A stretch of 63,892 nucleotides of DNA, the filler included, from Octopus bimaculoides (lineage: Eukaryota): assembly GCF_001194135.2 (NCBI RefSeq). It is 9 parts of 8 records of this genome, joined end to end, with 100 filler letters (N's around TTAATTAATTAA, not from the genome) between each part and the next. Parts side by side here need not be neighbours in the genome. Positions count along the whole stretch, not along the records: positions 32,038 to 41,939 come from NC_068983.1; positions 42,040 to 58,663 come from NC_068987.1; 7 more parts are not named here. One strand, given 5' to 3'. Below the pieces are notes generated by a model that had not been told where the DNA came from, made no database searches, and saw nothing but the letters and a program-made list of their open reading frames with translations. This document shows positions 34,571-46,918 of the stretch, in pieces; positions within the stretch are counted from its first letter, which is position 1, and every line of letters begins with the position of its first letter. The position numbers and the translations under genes were made by a program.

Positions 34571-34889
34571 TTCTTTTATTTGTTTCAGTCATTTGACTGC
34601 AGCCATGCTGGAGTACCACATTTAGTTGAGTAAATCGACCCCAGGACTTATTCTTTGGAAGCCTAGTACTTATTCTATTGATCTCTTTTGCCGAACTGCT
34701 AAGTTACAGGGACGTAAACACACTAGCATCGGTTGTCAAGCGATGTTGGGGGAACAAACACACACACGTACACACACACACACACACACAACAAGCTTCT
34801 TTCAGTTTCCATCTACCAAATCCATTCACAAGGCTTTGGATGGCCTGAGGCTATAGTAAGAAGACATTTGCCCAAGGTGCCATGCAGTC
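34571..34889 (-). mobile_element. SINE family A, 5'-clipped
   Basis: Tail, internal (CA)n and a partial head. Confidence 0.88.
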
Positions 34890-35345
34890 AAATTTAAGAA
34901 CTATAATAGTTCATGTTTGTTTTTATGTAAACAAACTTTCTATATGCTTTTGGTGCGAATGGTTTTTCTTATACGGCACCTAGTTTACAATCCTCTAAAT
35001 AATGGTAATGGTATTTTTATATAAACTTAAAGCTTATGGTAATTATCATGCAATTTATATATATATATGCAAAAAAAAAACATATCTGGCCATGGGGAAA
35101 TATTAACTTGCTTGGAAGCAGGTGGTGGCAACAAGAAGGGCATCCAGCTATAGAAAATCTAGTCTGTCTGACCCATTCAAGCATTGAGTGGTAGACATTA
35201 AGACTGATGATTTCCTACCAATTCTTAAGTTCTTGTCTCTTCTTGTCATTTTGAAGACTATACACCTGCATATTACATGTGTATTGTTTTCCTAAAGGTA
35301 GAGCATATTAATTAATATCCAAAATGAAGACACCATTCCAAGTAA

Positions 35346-35931
35346 TCTTTTCTCTTTAATCTTTTATTTGTTTCAATCATTAGACTATCCCCATCCTGGT
35401 GCACTGCCTTGAAGAATTTTTAGTCAAATGTATCAACCCCAGGATTTATTTTTTTGAAACCTGGTACTTATTCTGTTGGTCTCTTTTGCTGTTATGGGGA
35501 CTTAAACATACTAGCACTGGTTGTCAAGCAATGGAGATGGGAACACACACACAGAGAAAGATACGCACACAGGTGCTGGTGCCATGTAAAAAGCACCTGT
35601 ACCAGTGCTATGTAAAAGCACCCAGTACACTCTGTAAAGTGGTTGGTGCTAGGAAGGGCATCCAGACATAGAAACCATGCCAAACAGACATGGAACCTGG
35701 ATAATTCTTCAGCTCTTGTTAAAAGTCCAACCCATGCCAGCATGGAAAACAGATGCTAAATGGTGGTGATGATGATATATGACAGGTTTATTTCAGTCTC
35801 CACCTACCAAATCCACTCACAAGGCTTTGGTTGGCTATTGCTGAATTCACTTGCCCAAGGTGCCATGCAGTGGGATTGAACCTGGAACCATGTTGCTGGA
35901 AAGCAAGCATCTTACCACATAGCCATGCCTG
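35346..35931 (-). mobile_element. SINE family A interrupted by an opposite-strand RTE 3' end (35570-35776)
   Basis: Tail 35346-35570 and head 35780-35931; the insert has GGTGCCATGTAAAAAGCACC and a GATGAT tail. Confidence 0.85.
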
Positions 35932-36465
35932 TATTAATATAAAAGAATATTTTTTACTGTGAACAATAGCATAGTGAATGTAAGCATTGATTAAATGTTG
36001 AGTGTTACTGTTTATCTGGTGGGAATGAGTTCAGTCCTAAGGTCAGTGAATCTTTATTCGAGTTCTGCTTTAAATAGAACAAGCAAAACAGCATCAGAAG
36101 CATGAGAGAAACTTATACAAAAATATACTGAGCATAGACAATTAAATAAAAAAATGAAGAGTTTGATTCCATAGCATTCTTAGAATTCTATGGAATATAA
36201 TAGGAATCTCTGGAAGGCTGGAGAGTACTATGGCCAAATCTCATTTATGAACAAAAGTAAGAACTTTATTCAGAATCATATGAATGTATAAATTTGAAGA
36301 TGGGCTTTGCTGAAAAAGTTTGTTTGTCATACACATCTACTAAAGATTTCCTAACATATTTCAAAAATTATTTGCTATTCCCTTTCTCTGGAATAAAATT
36401 TTTCCTACAGTGAAATAAAATTTATTTTTTTAATGGTTGTTGTTGTTGTTGTTGTCATTGTTATA

Positions 36466-36660
36466 GTTTAGTATGAGGTTAGTCCTGATCAAAAAGATCT
36501 TGGTCAAATGAATTCCAGTTGTGCTCATTCACTTTTTTTTCTACTTCTAGTGTATCTAGGACTACATTATATTTTGTGTTCGTTCCCTCTTTAAGATGGT
36601 TTAGACGTGCTTTGAGTGATACTTGGCTGATATTTCTAAGAGTGATCATATAGAGGTTCT
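36466..36660 (-). mobile_element. Family F copy
   Basis: GTGTATCTAGGACTACATTAT...GGCTGATATTTCTA. Confidence 0.6.
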
Positions 36661-36767
36661 ATCAGTGGTTTGAACATTTTTAATGGTTTAATCAGAAGGA
36701 AAGGGAAGTGCTCATGACATTTTCTGGCCCTCTGAGACAAGTGAAATTAATACTTTTGATATGGATG

Positions 36768-36963
36768 GACTGGCTCCTGTGCAGGTGGCACGTAAAAGCA
36801 CCCACTACACTCTTGGAGTGGTTGGCGTTAGGAAGAGCATCCAGCTGTAGAAAGTCTGCCAGATCAGATTGGAGTCTGGTGTAGCCATCCGGTTCACCAG
36901 TCCTCAGTCAAATCGTCCAACCCATGCTAGCATGGAAAGCGGACATTAAACGATGATGATGAT
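36768..36963 (+). mobile_element. RTE 3'-end fragment, young
   Basis: GACTGGCTCCTGTGCAGGTGGCACGTAAAAGCACC...AAACGATGATGATGAT. Confidence 0.92.
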
Positions 36964-36975
36964 GTGTAAGATGAT

Positions 36976-37027
36976 ATTTGAGGAAAATGAGAACAGAAAG
37001 TAAATTCTGTTCTCATTTTCCTCAAAT
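36976..37027. repeat. Perfect 23-bp inverted repeat with a 6-nt spacer
   Basis: ATTTGAGGAAAATGAGAACAGAA-agtaaa-TTCTGTTCTCATTTTCCTCAAAT. Confidence 0.95.
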
Positions 37028-37692
37028 GTATCTATTTACTTAGTGAACTAGCCCACTTAAGAGTTAAGTATCTTAGCCACGGACACAGTGCAGTTTGAAG
37101 AGAAGAACAATTGGTATCTCACTCAGTCACCTTTTACTCTTTGTAACTGGCCATCTGTGCTCTACCATTATGTAAGGATGTAAATAAGATTTATCTGAAA
37201 CATTTGTTTAACATTTGTAATAAATCTTTGGTGATTAATGTGTACAATAAGCTCAGAAAGCTTAACTTAAGGTAGCAGCTACGCTGTATACAAATATCTA
37301 TCTGTCTATTAGACTAGGATAAAGTGTACTTAATGCACAAGTAATAAGATTTGAAAAGATACTTAACAGATGTTGTTTATGAGTAGATGTTACTAATGCT
37401 CTTATGATTAAGCAAGTTTATGATGCAAAAAGATTAAACAATTTAGTTGTAGTCTAGATTTACATACTGATACATTAAGTAAGTATGGAGTTTTTCCTAG
37501 TGCACAATTAAGTAGCCAGCTAGAAGTTTAAGGCCGCTAATATCTGGTACCTTTTATGTTTAATGAGACTAATGAAAAGATGTATGCTTGAGTTGTATGA
37601 AATGTTACTCATGAGTTATGTATCTCTCTTCCTTTCTTTAGATTGTGGTGGTCACTTCTGCTTTGGTGTCTTATTTTTCTCCATGAATTCTT

Positions 37693-37811
37693 AAACTCTG
37701 CCAAATCAGATTGGAGCCTGGTGTAGCCATCTGGTTCACCAGTCCTCAGTCAAATCGTCCAACCCATGCTAGCTTGGAAAGCAGACGTTAAACGATGATG
37801 ATGATGATGAT
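37693..37811 (+). mobile_element. RTE 3'-end fragment
   Basis: AAACTCTGCCAAATCAG...AAACGATGATGAT. Confidence 0.9.
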
Positions 37812-37867
37812 ATGAGAGCTTGAAGAGGTCAGATTGACAAATATTGGTTCTGGTATTCATCTGGAAC

Positions 37868-38013
37868 AGGTATAGGCAACCTTTTCCTGAGAAACAGGCT
37901 GCATGAAACATGGCTTATCTCAGCCAGGTTGCACTGCTAAAAGAAATCTAAGGCAATTTTTCATTTAGCCATGTTACTGAGAATGTTCTGTGGACCACAG
38001 TTTGCTAATGATT
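37868..38013. mobile_element. Old hAT-type MITE
   Basis: Begins CAGGTATAGGCAACC and ends GTGGACCACAGTTTGCTAA, a decayed GCGGGCCGCAGTTTGCCGA-type terminus. Confidence 0.45.
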
Positions 38014-38233
38014 GATCCGGTCTCTTTTTTACTTTAAGGTGTTGTCTTGTCCTTTTGATTTATTGTATATTTTTAATGTTTAATCAGTATTTAATTCATT
38101 TATATCAGAGTATTGTAGTTCGCTTGAAGCATTCTGTATTGTTTGTAAAGAATAAAAAGTTTGGAATGGTACAACAATGCACTATAATACACAAAATGGA
38201 CTATATACCTGTTGTAATTTAGTTATCTATAGT

Positions 38234-38272
38234 CCGATGATATTTCGGAATACAATTCCTTCTTCAGATATT
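38234..38272 (-). ncRNA. Minimal HHR-like motif with a canonical core
   Basis: CUGAAGA-A-GGAA(UUGUA)UUCC-GAAA-UA-UC; palindromic ATAT stem III; stem I is only 2 bp. Confidence 0.55.
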
Positions 38273-38581
38273 CTTAGATGGAATATAAATTAGTTTACAA
38301 AAATTACTTACCTGTAGGTTTTAGTCTTCATCTGTTCGTGTTTATGATTAACAAGTTTGTCATAGTATAGTTTCTGATGTTTTCTTTTATAGAGTCTAAT
38401 ATAAGTTTATTTATTAGTAATTATTAATTATGTATGTTTTATTTCATACTATATGTTGCATTTAAGATTTAAGCATTTATGATTTCTAGTCTGGGTACAA
38501 GCATTTTGTTTGTATATTCCCAAGTCGTATAAGACTATATTTTCTGTTGAGTCTTTAAGCAGAGTTCCTTGTGCCAGGCGA

Positions 38582-38900
<319 letters not shown>

Positions 38901-38912
38901 CAGTGTGAGTAT

Positions 38913-38951
<39 letters not shown>

Positions 38952-39249
38952 AAGATATGTAAAGGTAAGATCGAAGGACCCAGGTGAAGGAAGTTAGTAA
39001 GCTTTGAGCAGTCCATAAAAGGTATTAAAAAACAACTTTTGAGAACAATAGTTTTTAGTGGTGCAGAAGATTGTAAATTTTTCCCCTATCAAAGTTCAAT
39101 AAGCTGAAAAAAGTTATATATACATATATATATATTAATGTAACAATTCACTCTCACTTTCTCTTTCCTAAATATGAGTAGCCATGTAGCTCCTCTGCAA
39201 CAAAAACCTGCTCTTTCTCAACTTATTTTCTCATACGGTAATTCCCAAC

Positions 39250-39545
39250 TAATGAAAAGATGCCACCTGTTTCTTGAGTTTTGTAGATTTGCAATCAGCA
39301 TGGTGACTTTAGTAGTGCCAATAGCACAAAAAAAATGAAAAAAAGCAGCTGATACACACTGTAAAGTGGTTGGTATTTGGAAGGACATCCAGTGAGGGAA
39401 ACCATGCCAAAACAGATACTGGAATATGCTGTAGTTTTTTGTCCAACAGTTCGACACTTGCCAGTATGGAACATGAATGTTAAATGATGATGAAGATGAT
39501 GATGATGATGATGATGAAGATGATGATGATGATGAAGATGATGAA
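39250..39545 (+). mobile_element. Old RTE-subfamily 3'UTR with (GAT)n tail
   Basis: TGTAAAGTGGTTGG...GAAGGACATCCAG...GTTAAATGATGATG. Confidence 0.65.
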
Positions 39546-40214
39546 ACATACATGAATGTATATATTTCATTTTACTTTAAAATCACTAGTTTTACCATAA
39601 CACATTTCTTCAGGTAACATGAAATAAGATCCATTGCTCCACCTATATATGTTGATTCTTATGAATCAACCTTATATACATATATGCATATGTACCATTA
39701 TTATGATTATAAACTATATGCACACATTATAAGTGTAAAAGGAATAACAAAAACGAAACATACATTGATTTACTTTTCACTTTTAAACAGGAACAAAGAG
39801 AGATGATACACGAGAAAGTTTTCAAAACCATTTTCTATTTTTTTTGCCAAAATATAGGAAAATAGTGATGAGAAACCTGTTGTCATGTTGGTAATGTGCC
39901 AAGTTGCATATTAACATCCATATTTGAGTCTGTCAATGAATGGGTGTATATGTGTGTGTTTGCATGTATGTACATATGTGTTTGTGCATGTATGCATATG
40001 TATATGATTGTATGTTTATTTGTATATATGTATGCACACATATTTAGTTGTATATTGGTTTTTATCATTTCTTTATACTGGAAAGAATGGAGAGCACTAT
40101 CAAATAGCAGAATTGTGCCAAAGATGTCATCAAACATAAACGTAATAAATGTTTATGTCTATAGTTATGTGCTTCTTTCAGTCTGTCTGTGTGTCTGTTT
40201 GTCTATCTGTCTGC

Positions 40215-40501
40215 CAGGTTGAGTCAAAAGCGTTTTCATTTTCCAAGCTTCAATTAATAGTTGAAACAAATTACATACATTCATCAAAATATACCCCATT
40301 ATATTCTATTGTTTGTTGTTATCATTCTACCAGAAGATCAATTCTATGCATATACCATTTGGCTGGTTTAGAGGCAAAAAACTCCCTGCACCCATTTTCA
40401 ACCTTTGTCTGTGCAGGAAATGAACCATGGCTTGAAAATCTGATGGTGCGGGGTCTGGACTGTAGGTAGGGTGAGGCAACACTTCCAGCCCCTCAAGTTC
40501 C
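40215..40501 (-). mobile_element. mariner family 1: 3' end of transposase plus TIR-like end
   Basis: LEVLPHPTYSPDPAPSDFQ; terminus CAGGTTGAGTCAAAAG resembles mariner TIR starts. Confidence 0.75.
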
Positions 40502-40507
40502 TGAAGT

Positions 40508-40785
40508 TGGCTCCTGTGCAGGTGGCACGTAAAATACACCATTTTGAGCATGGCCATTGCCAGTACCACCTGACTGGCCTTCGTGCCTGTGGCACGTAAA
40601 AGCACCCACTACACTCTCTGAGTGGTTGGCGTTAAAAAGGGCATCCAGCTGTAGAAACTCTGCCAAATCAGATTGGAACCTGGTGTAGCCATCTGGTTCA
40701 CCAGTCCTCAGTCAAATTGTCCAACTCATGCTAGCATGGAAAGCGGACGTTAAACGACGATGATGATGATGATTATGATGATGAT
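40508..40785 (+). mobile_element. RTE 3'-end fragment between the two mariners
   Basis: TGGCTCCTGTGCAGGTGGCACG...AAACGACGATGATGAT. Confidence 0.92.
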
Positions 40786-40853
40786 ATATATATATATATA
40801 TATTTATATTGTTGCAGATTTTTAAATAAACAAGTGTCAAGGTTACAAGGAAA

Positions 40854-41939
40854 ATGGAGAAAACTGAGAATCAAGCTATCATAAAGTACCTTCATTTGAA
40901 AGGCATAACTCCATCAGAAATCCATGAAGACATGATGAGAAACTTAACAGACAGTGCTCCTTCATAGGCAACAGTCAAAAGCTGGGTAAATGAATTCAAG
41001 CATGCAGGGAGAATGTGGAAGATGATTCCAGACCAGGGAGACCTCCAACTGCAACCACCAAAGACAACCTTGACCTTGCTCTTGGCATGATAATGCAAGA
41101 TCATCGAATATCATGATGTCAGATAGCCGAGAGACTGAGTATCTCAATTGAAAGAGCAGACAACATTGTGACAAAGAACTTGGGTTCTCAAAGGTTTCCA
41201 CACAGTGGGTTCCTTGCCCTTTAACTCCTGAACAGAAAAGCACCAGGTGCACATTGTCCACGAGCAATCTGGAACTGTTTGAAGCCGATAAAGAGAATTT
41301 TCTTGCTCGTTTCATTACTATGGATGAAAGTTGGGTTCATCACTACCAGCCTGAAACCAAAGAACAATCAAAGCAGTGGAAGCACACATCTTCNNNNNNN
41401 NNNACTACCAGCCTGAAACCAAAGAACAATCAAAGCAGTGGAAGCACACATCTTCTCCTACCCCAAAGAAGGTCAGGTTCATTCCTTCAGCTGGCAAGGT
41501 CATGGTATCCATTTTTTGAGATTTTCAAGGTGTTTTGCTGATCGATTACCTTGAAAAGAGTCACACTGTGACAGAGTTGTATTATTCTCAGTTACTGAAA
41601 CGCCTCCGAGAAGCATTCACAGTAAAAAGGCTGGGAATGCTCACCAGAGAAGTCCTTTTTCATCATGACAATGCTCCAGCCCACACCTCAGTAGTTGTCA
41701 TGGCAACAATCTGTGATTGTGGATACGAACTTGTTCCCCATCCGCCTTATTCGCCTTACTTAGCCCCCTCTGACTTTCATCTATTCCCAAAAATGAAAAA
41801 AGCCCTGGCTGGTTGCCATTTTGCCAGTGACAATGACATCATAGACACTATGGGAAGTTTCTTGGAGTCTCAAACAAAAGAGTTCTTCTATGCCGGGATA
41901 ATGGCACTTCAGCACTGCTGGAGAAAGTGTTCAGCCATC
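40854..41939 (+). pseudogene. mariner (DD34D) transposase, near full length, with stops and frameshifts
   Basis: MEKTENQAIIKYLHLKG...QWVP...TMDESWVHHY...HDNAPAH-(34 residues)-YSPYLAPSDFHLF; 41342-41393 is duplicated across a gap. Confidence 0.95.
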
Positions 41940-42383
41940 NNNNNNNNNNNNNNNNNNNNNNNNNNNNNNNNNNNNNNNNNNNNTTAATTAATTAANNNNN
42001 NNNNNNNNNNNNNNNNNNNNNNNNNNNNNNNNNNNNNNNATATATATATATATATATATACAGAAAATACACAGAAATTTTACGTTGGAATGTGTGTGTG
42101 TTTATTTGTAAAATCAAATATTTACATACTCCACCGGTTTTGTTTATGTTACTCATGACTAAATAGATAGTAATAATGCTATTATGCCATGCAGTCATAA
42201 GGCTATATTCCTTAATAGGAGAGCAGATATATTGTGAATAAAGAAAAATTTGTTTTCCCACTAACTTGAAATGAAAGCTTATTATGATAGTATGAAATTA
42301 TAACACTATCACTAACCACTTGGTGATGATTAGCATCTACAGATGCACAACATATACATAACACAGACACATGCACAAACACG

Positions 42384-42416
<33 letters not shown>

Positions 42417-42459
42417 TCTCTCTCTCTCTCTCTCTATCNNNNNNNNNNCTATCTCTCTA

Positions 42460-42500
<41 letters not shown>

Positions 42501-42599
42501 CTATCTATTTATCTATCTATCTATCTCTTATACACACATTTTAGTAGATCTATTCACGACAAACATCACCTTATATACTTATATAATACATTACTGAGA

Positions 42600-44000
42600 G
42601 TGGGCAACAGACTTGGGTCTGTTCAATTTGCACCAATTGAAAGCTTTTAATCGAGTCTGTTTTTCGCCTTTTGAGGGCTGACTGGAAGGCCGCTTTTCGC
42701 CGCGTTTTGATGGACTGAGTTACTTTTCTTTAATGTGCATCGCTATGTGCTAAGTGTTTAAAGTCAATGACCATCCCTCGGAACGTTTCTTATTGCGCGA
42801 TCTGTCCGGCAGGGTTTTCCTCTTGCACTTTTTCCGTACATGCTGGCTATTCATTCACTGCTAATGAACTAACGCGACTAAGAGGTAACGTACCCCTATC
42901 TGAGACGCAGGAGAGCCGTTTCAGTATTAGTGGAACATAACCAAACATAATCTTGCCGAAGTGGTGGTAGTTGATAATAATGTAGGCGCAGGAGTGGCTG
43001 TGTGGTAAGTAGCTTGCTTACCAACCACATGGTTCCGGGTTCATTCCCACTGCGTAGCACCTTGGGCAAGTGTCTTCTACTATAGCCTCGGGCCGACCAA
43101 AGCCTTGTGAGCCCGTCGTGTATATATATATATATATGTATGTATGTGTGTGTATATGTTTGTGTCTGTGTTTGTCCCCCCAACATCGCTTGACAACCGA
43201 TGCTGATGTGTTTACGTCCCCGTAACTTAACGGTTCGGCAAAAGAGATCGATAGAATAAGTACTATGCTTCCAAAGAATAAGTCCTGGGGTCGATTTGCT
43301 CGACTAAAAGGTGGTGCTCCAGCATGGCCACAGTCAAATGACTNNNNNNNNNNAATGTAGGCGCAGGAGTGGCTGTGTGGTAAGTAGCTTGCTTACCAAC
43401 CACATGGTTCCGGGTTCATTCCCACTGCGTAGCACCTTGGGCAAGTGTCTTCTACTATAGCCTCGGGCCGACCAAAGCCTTGTGAGCCCGTCGTGTATAT
43501 ATATATATATATGTATGTATGTGTGTGTATATGTTTGTGTCTGTGTTTGTCCCCCCAACATCGCTTGACAACCGATGCTGATGTGTTTACGTCCCCGTAA
43601 CTTAACGGTTCGGCAAAAGAGATCGATAGAATAAGTACTATGCTTCCAAAGAATAAGTCCTGGGGTCGATTTGCTCGACTAAAAGGTGGTGCTCCAGCAT
43701 GGCCACAGTCAAATGACTGAAACAAGTAAAAGAGTAAAATAGTAAAAGAGGTAAGTTGATGGGTTTACAGCTCATCCCTGGAGAATAAAGTCCATGTTGT
43801 TGGACAGCATTTTGAGTCGTTGGACCAACGCACCAGTTAAAATGCTCCTGCTACTGCTCGTGATTTCTTTCCAGCATGATCTCCAAGTGTATAGGAACTG
43901 GTATGAGGTTATGAGCAATGGTGAGTCTCACCTAGGAGAGGGACCGAGAGGACACTATCTGTGAAAAGTCGGAGATAGTTGAGCAGCCTCTCGTCGTCCG
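42600..44000 (+). pseudogene. Tx1/L1-clade LINE RT remnant interrupted by a family A SINE
   Basis: NLHQLKAFNRV; FKVNDHPSERF...SVRQGFPLALFPYMLAI; after the SINE, KLMGLQL/PWRIKSM...RWTNAPVKML...DLQVYRNWYEV...TERTLSVK. Confidence 0.75.
42979..43750 (+). mobile_element. One family A SINE represented twice across a 10-N gap (42979-43343 and 43354-43750)
   Basis: Both copies share private variants, including the internal deletion TTGTGAGCCCGTCG. Confidence 0.9.
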
Positions 44001-44287
44001 GATTGCGCTCTGCCGCCGTGGAGCGGTCCGATTGGAGCGGTCCATAAGAGACTGAGGCCCATTGTCTAATGCTGTTTTAGCATTTAAGTGACACCACCCT
44101 ACTGGCTAGGTTGGCAGGCCATTCCTTTTGTCAGTTTAGCTGACCGTCAACCTCTAATGAATAGATTTTATTCCTGCTTTAGCGAAGGCAGTCAGTCCAT
44201 CAACATGATTGTTTTTTCTTACTTTTGTGGCGAGATTGGATATCTTGGGTATACGTGCATATACCCAACCACAATAGCCACCGAGCG

Positions 44288-44605
44288 GCCAGGCGTAGGC
44301 ATAGCTGTGTCGCAAGGAGTCTACTTCGCAACCATATGGTTTGGGGTTCAATCTCACTGCATGGCATCTTGGCTATGTGTCTTCGACTGTAGAGTGTCTT
44401 GTGAGTAAATTTCGTTGGCGGAAACAGAATACCTTTATGTCTGTGTCTGTCTTCCAACCGTTTGTCAACCAATGCTAATTTATTTCCCTACAACTTAGCG
44501 GCCCGGCAAAATCTTCGATAGAATAAGTACCAGACTTCAAAACTCTCGAAACTTTTCAGCATGACCGCAGTTCAATTACTGAAAGAAGTAAAAATTAAAA
44601 AGAAA
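44288..44605 (+). mobile_element. SINE family A, old, with internal deletions
   Basis: AGGCGTAGGCATAGCTGTGT head; GAATAAGTACCAG tail. Confidence 0.75.
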
Positions 44606-44859
44606 ACATATATTAAATTATATAAAAATATAGATTAAAGTATGAACTATATGTGAAATTGATACTTTTCTGCTTTTATATTAAATACGTTGCTTTTATC
44701 GATCATTTTAGCTGATTATTTACTTACAAGTCTTTTCCACTTGGATTTGCTTCAACGTAATAACCTATCGGGGTTTAACGACCAGTTATTGAAATCTCAG
44801 TTACAGTGGATTAATTCTCTATGTTTATACATCAATTCTCTATACATATGAATATATAT

Positions 44860-45145
44860 TTAGTGAGGTTTTACAAAAAAAAAGACGAAGACGGGTGTGT
44901 AAACAAAAAACAGATGTATTAGTTTAACGCTCGGAAAGTGAGAAAGTCTTTTACGTTTCGAGCCTACGCTCTTCGACAGAAAAGAACACAGAAATAACCA
45001 GGAAAAGAAAATAAAAAAAGGTTTAATGGCTAGCGATCTATCATGGCGAATGCTTCTTCCTAGCTCTCGTGCGTGAGGGATTACACAGGAGAGCTAGGAA
45101 GAAGGGGAGATAATAAAGTTGTTGTGATCCCAAAACGAAAGTGCG
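44860..45145 (-). mobile_element. Penelope-pLTR-like element with a minimal HHR (44947-44984) and a 16-bp back-to-back inversion (45053-45068/45089-45104)
   Basis: CUGUCGA-A-GAGC(GUAG)GCUC-GAAA-CG-UA|AAAGAC; CTTCTTCCTAGCTCTC and GAGAGCTAGGAAGAAG. Confidence 0.7.
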
Positions 45146-45974
45146 TGTGTGTGTGTGTATGTGAGAGCGTGTATGTGCGTGTGGAAGGGGGCTGATGACC
45201 TTGACGTGTGCATGTGTGCATGTGTAGGTGTGAGGATGATGATGCGGGTGCTGGAAAGTGGTCAGTGCTAGTGTGTGCGGGGTAGTGTGATGTGTGGTGT
45301 GGTGTGGTTTCGTGGTGTGTGGTATGGTGGNNNNNNNNNNNNNNNNNNNNNNNNNNNNNNNNNNNNNNNNNNNNNNNNNNNNNNNNNNNNNNNNNNNNNN
45401 NNNNNNNNNNNNNNNNNNNNNNNNNNNNNNNNNNNNNNNNNNNNNNNNNNNNNNNNNNNNNNNNNNNNNNNNNNNNNNNNNNNNNNNNNNNNNNNNNNNN
45501 NNNNNNNNNNNNNNNNNNNNNNNNNNNNNNNNNNNNNNNNNNNNNNNNNNNNNNNNNNNNNNNNNNNNNNNNNNNNNNNNNNNNNNNNNNNNNNNNNNNN
45601 NNNNNNNNNNNNNNNNNNNNNNNNNNNNNNNNNNNNNNNNNNNNNNNNNNNNNNNNNNNNNNNNNNNNNNNNNNNNNNNNNNNNNNNNNNNNNNNNNNNN
45701 NNNNNNNNNNNNNNNNNNNNNNNNNNNNNNNNNNNNNNNNNNNNNNNNNNNNNNNNNNNNNNNNNNNNNNNNNNNNNNNNNNNNNNNNNNNNNNNNNNNN
45801 NNNNNNNNNNNNNNNNNNNNNNNNNNNNNNNNNNNNNNNNNNNNNNNNNNNNNNNNNNNNNNNNNNNNNNNNNNATATATATATATATATATATACATAC
45901 ATATATGTGTGTGTGAGTGTGTATGTGTGTGTGTATGAGTGTGTATGTGATTGTGTGTATGTGTCATTGTGACA

Positions 45975-46146
45975 GTGTTTGTCCTCCACCACTGCTTGAC
46001 AACTGGTGGTGATGTGTGTACGTCCCTATAATTTATCGGTTCGGCAAAAGAGACCTATAGAATAAGTACCAAACTTTTAAAAAAGGTAAGTGCTTCAACG
46101 CAGTGCGCCAGCATAGCTGCAGCCTACAGACTGGACAAGTAAAAAC
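45975..46146 (+). mobile_element. SINE family A 3' half
   Basis: CCACCACTGCTTGACAAC...CGGTTCGGCAAAAGAGACC. Confidence 0.8.
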
Positions 46147-46544
46147 TAAAATGTATTTATTTTCGGAACGTTCGGAGATAAATTCTAGATTTATTTTGTA
46201 GAACTTCATAGAATACAAATAGCAATGTCTGTATTTGTAATAAATGCTCTTGGAATAACAGTATCACATATAATGCGTAGCTTTCGGCTATTTTGTGTTT
46301 CAATAATGAACACAAATTTGAATTTGGTGTAAAGTATTATTTGTCCAGACAATATGTCCTGAAGTTTCTTTTTAAATGATATATGATTGTAGTTGTTGTG
46401 ATATTTTCATCACATACTTCAGTTATATGAGACTTGTTCAGAAATACGTTATTTTACAGAAAAGTTGTAAAATATCAGTGTGAGGTACGAAGCGTAGTCT
46501 TTCATGCAATAAGCAATTCAAGAAATTAACTGCATATAATTGTA

Positions 46545-46918
46545 ATGTAGGCGCTGGCATAGCTGTGTGGTTAAGAAGCTAGCTTTGCATGTCACATGCT
46601 TTTGGGTTTAATCCCAATGTGCACCAACTTAGGAGTCTTCCTAAACAATGGCTTGTGAGTGAATTCTGCTGACGGAAACTATGTGAAAGCCCGTCATGTG
46701 TGTGTGTGTATTTGTGTTTGTATGCAGCCCCTTCTGACCGATTGACGACTAATGTTAGCTTGTTTTCATCTCCGATCGCCAAAAGCGACCAGTAGAACAA
46801 GTACCAAGCTCAAAAAATAAGTACTGGGCATCGATTTGATCGACTAAAACCCTTGTAGGCGGTGCCCTAACATGACCTCAGTCCAATGACTGAAACAAAC
46901 AACAAATAAAAGATAACA
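46545..46918 (+). mobile_element. SINE family A, full length, old
   Basis: TGTAGGCGCTGGCATAGCTGTGTGG head to GACTGAAACAA tail. Confidence 0.85.

Noticed and set aside
37642-37870. Possible exon disrupted by an RTE insertion
   Set aside because: No frame stays open after removing the insert, and the apparent donor is the start of a hAT-type MITE.
42979-43718. Apparent tandem pair of identical SINEs
   Set aside because: They are identical including private variants and separated by a 10-N gap, so this is an assembly duplication. The same applies to 22775-22837/22848-22910, 41342-41393/41404-41455, about 14650-14725 and about 28500-28630.
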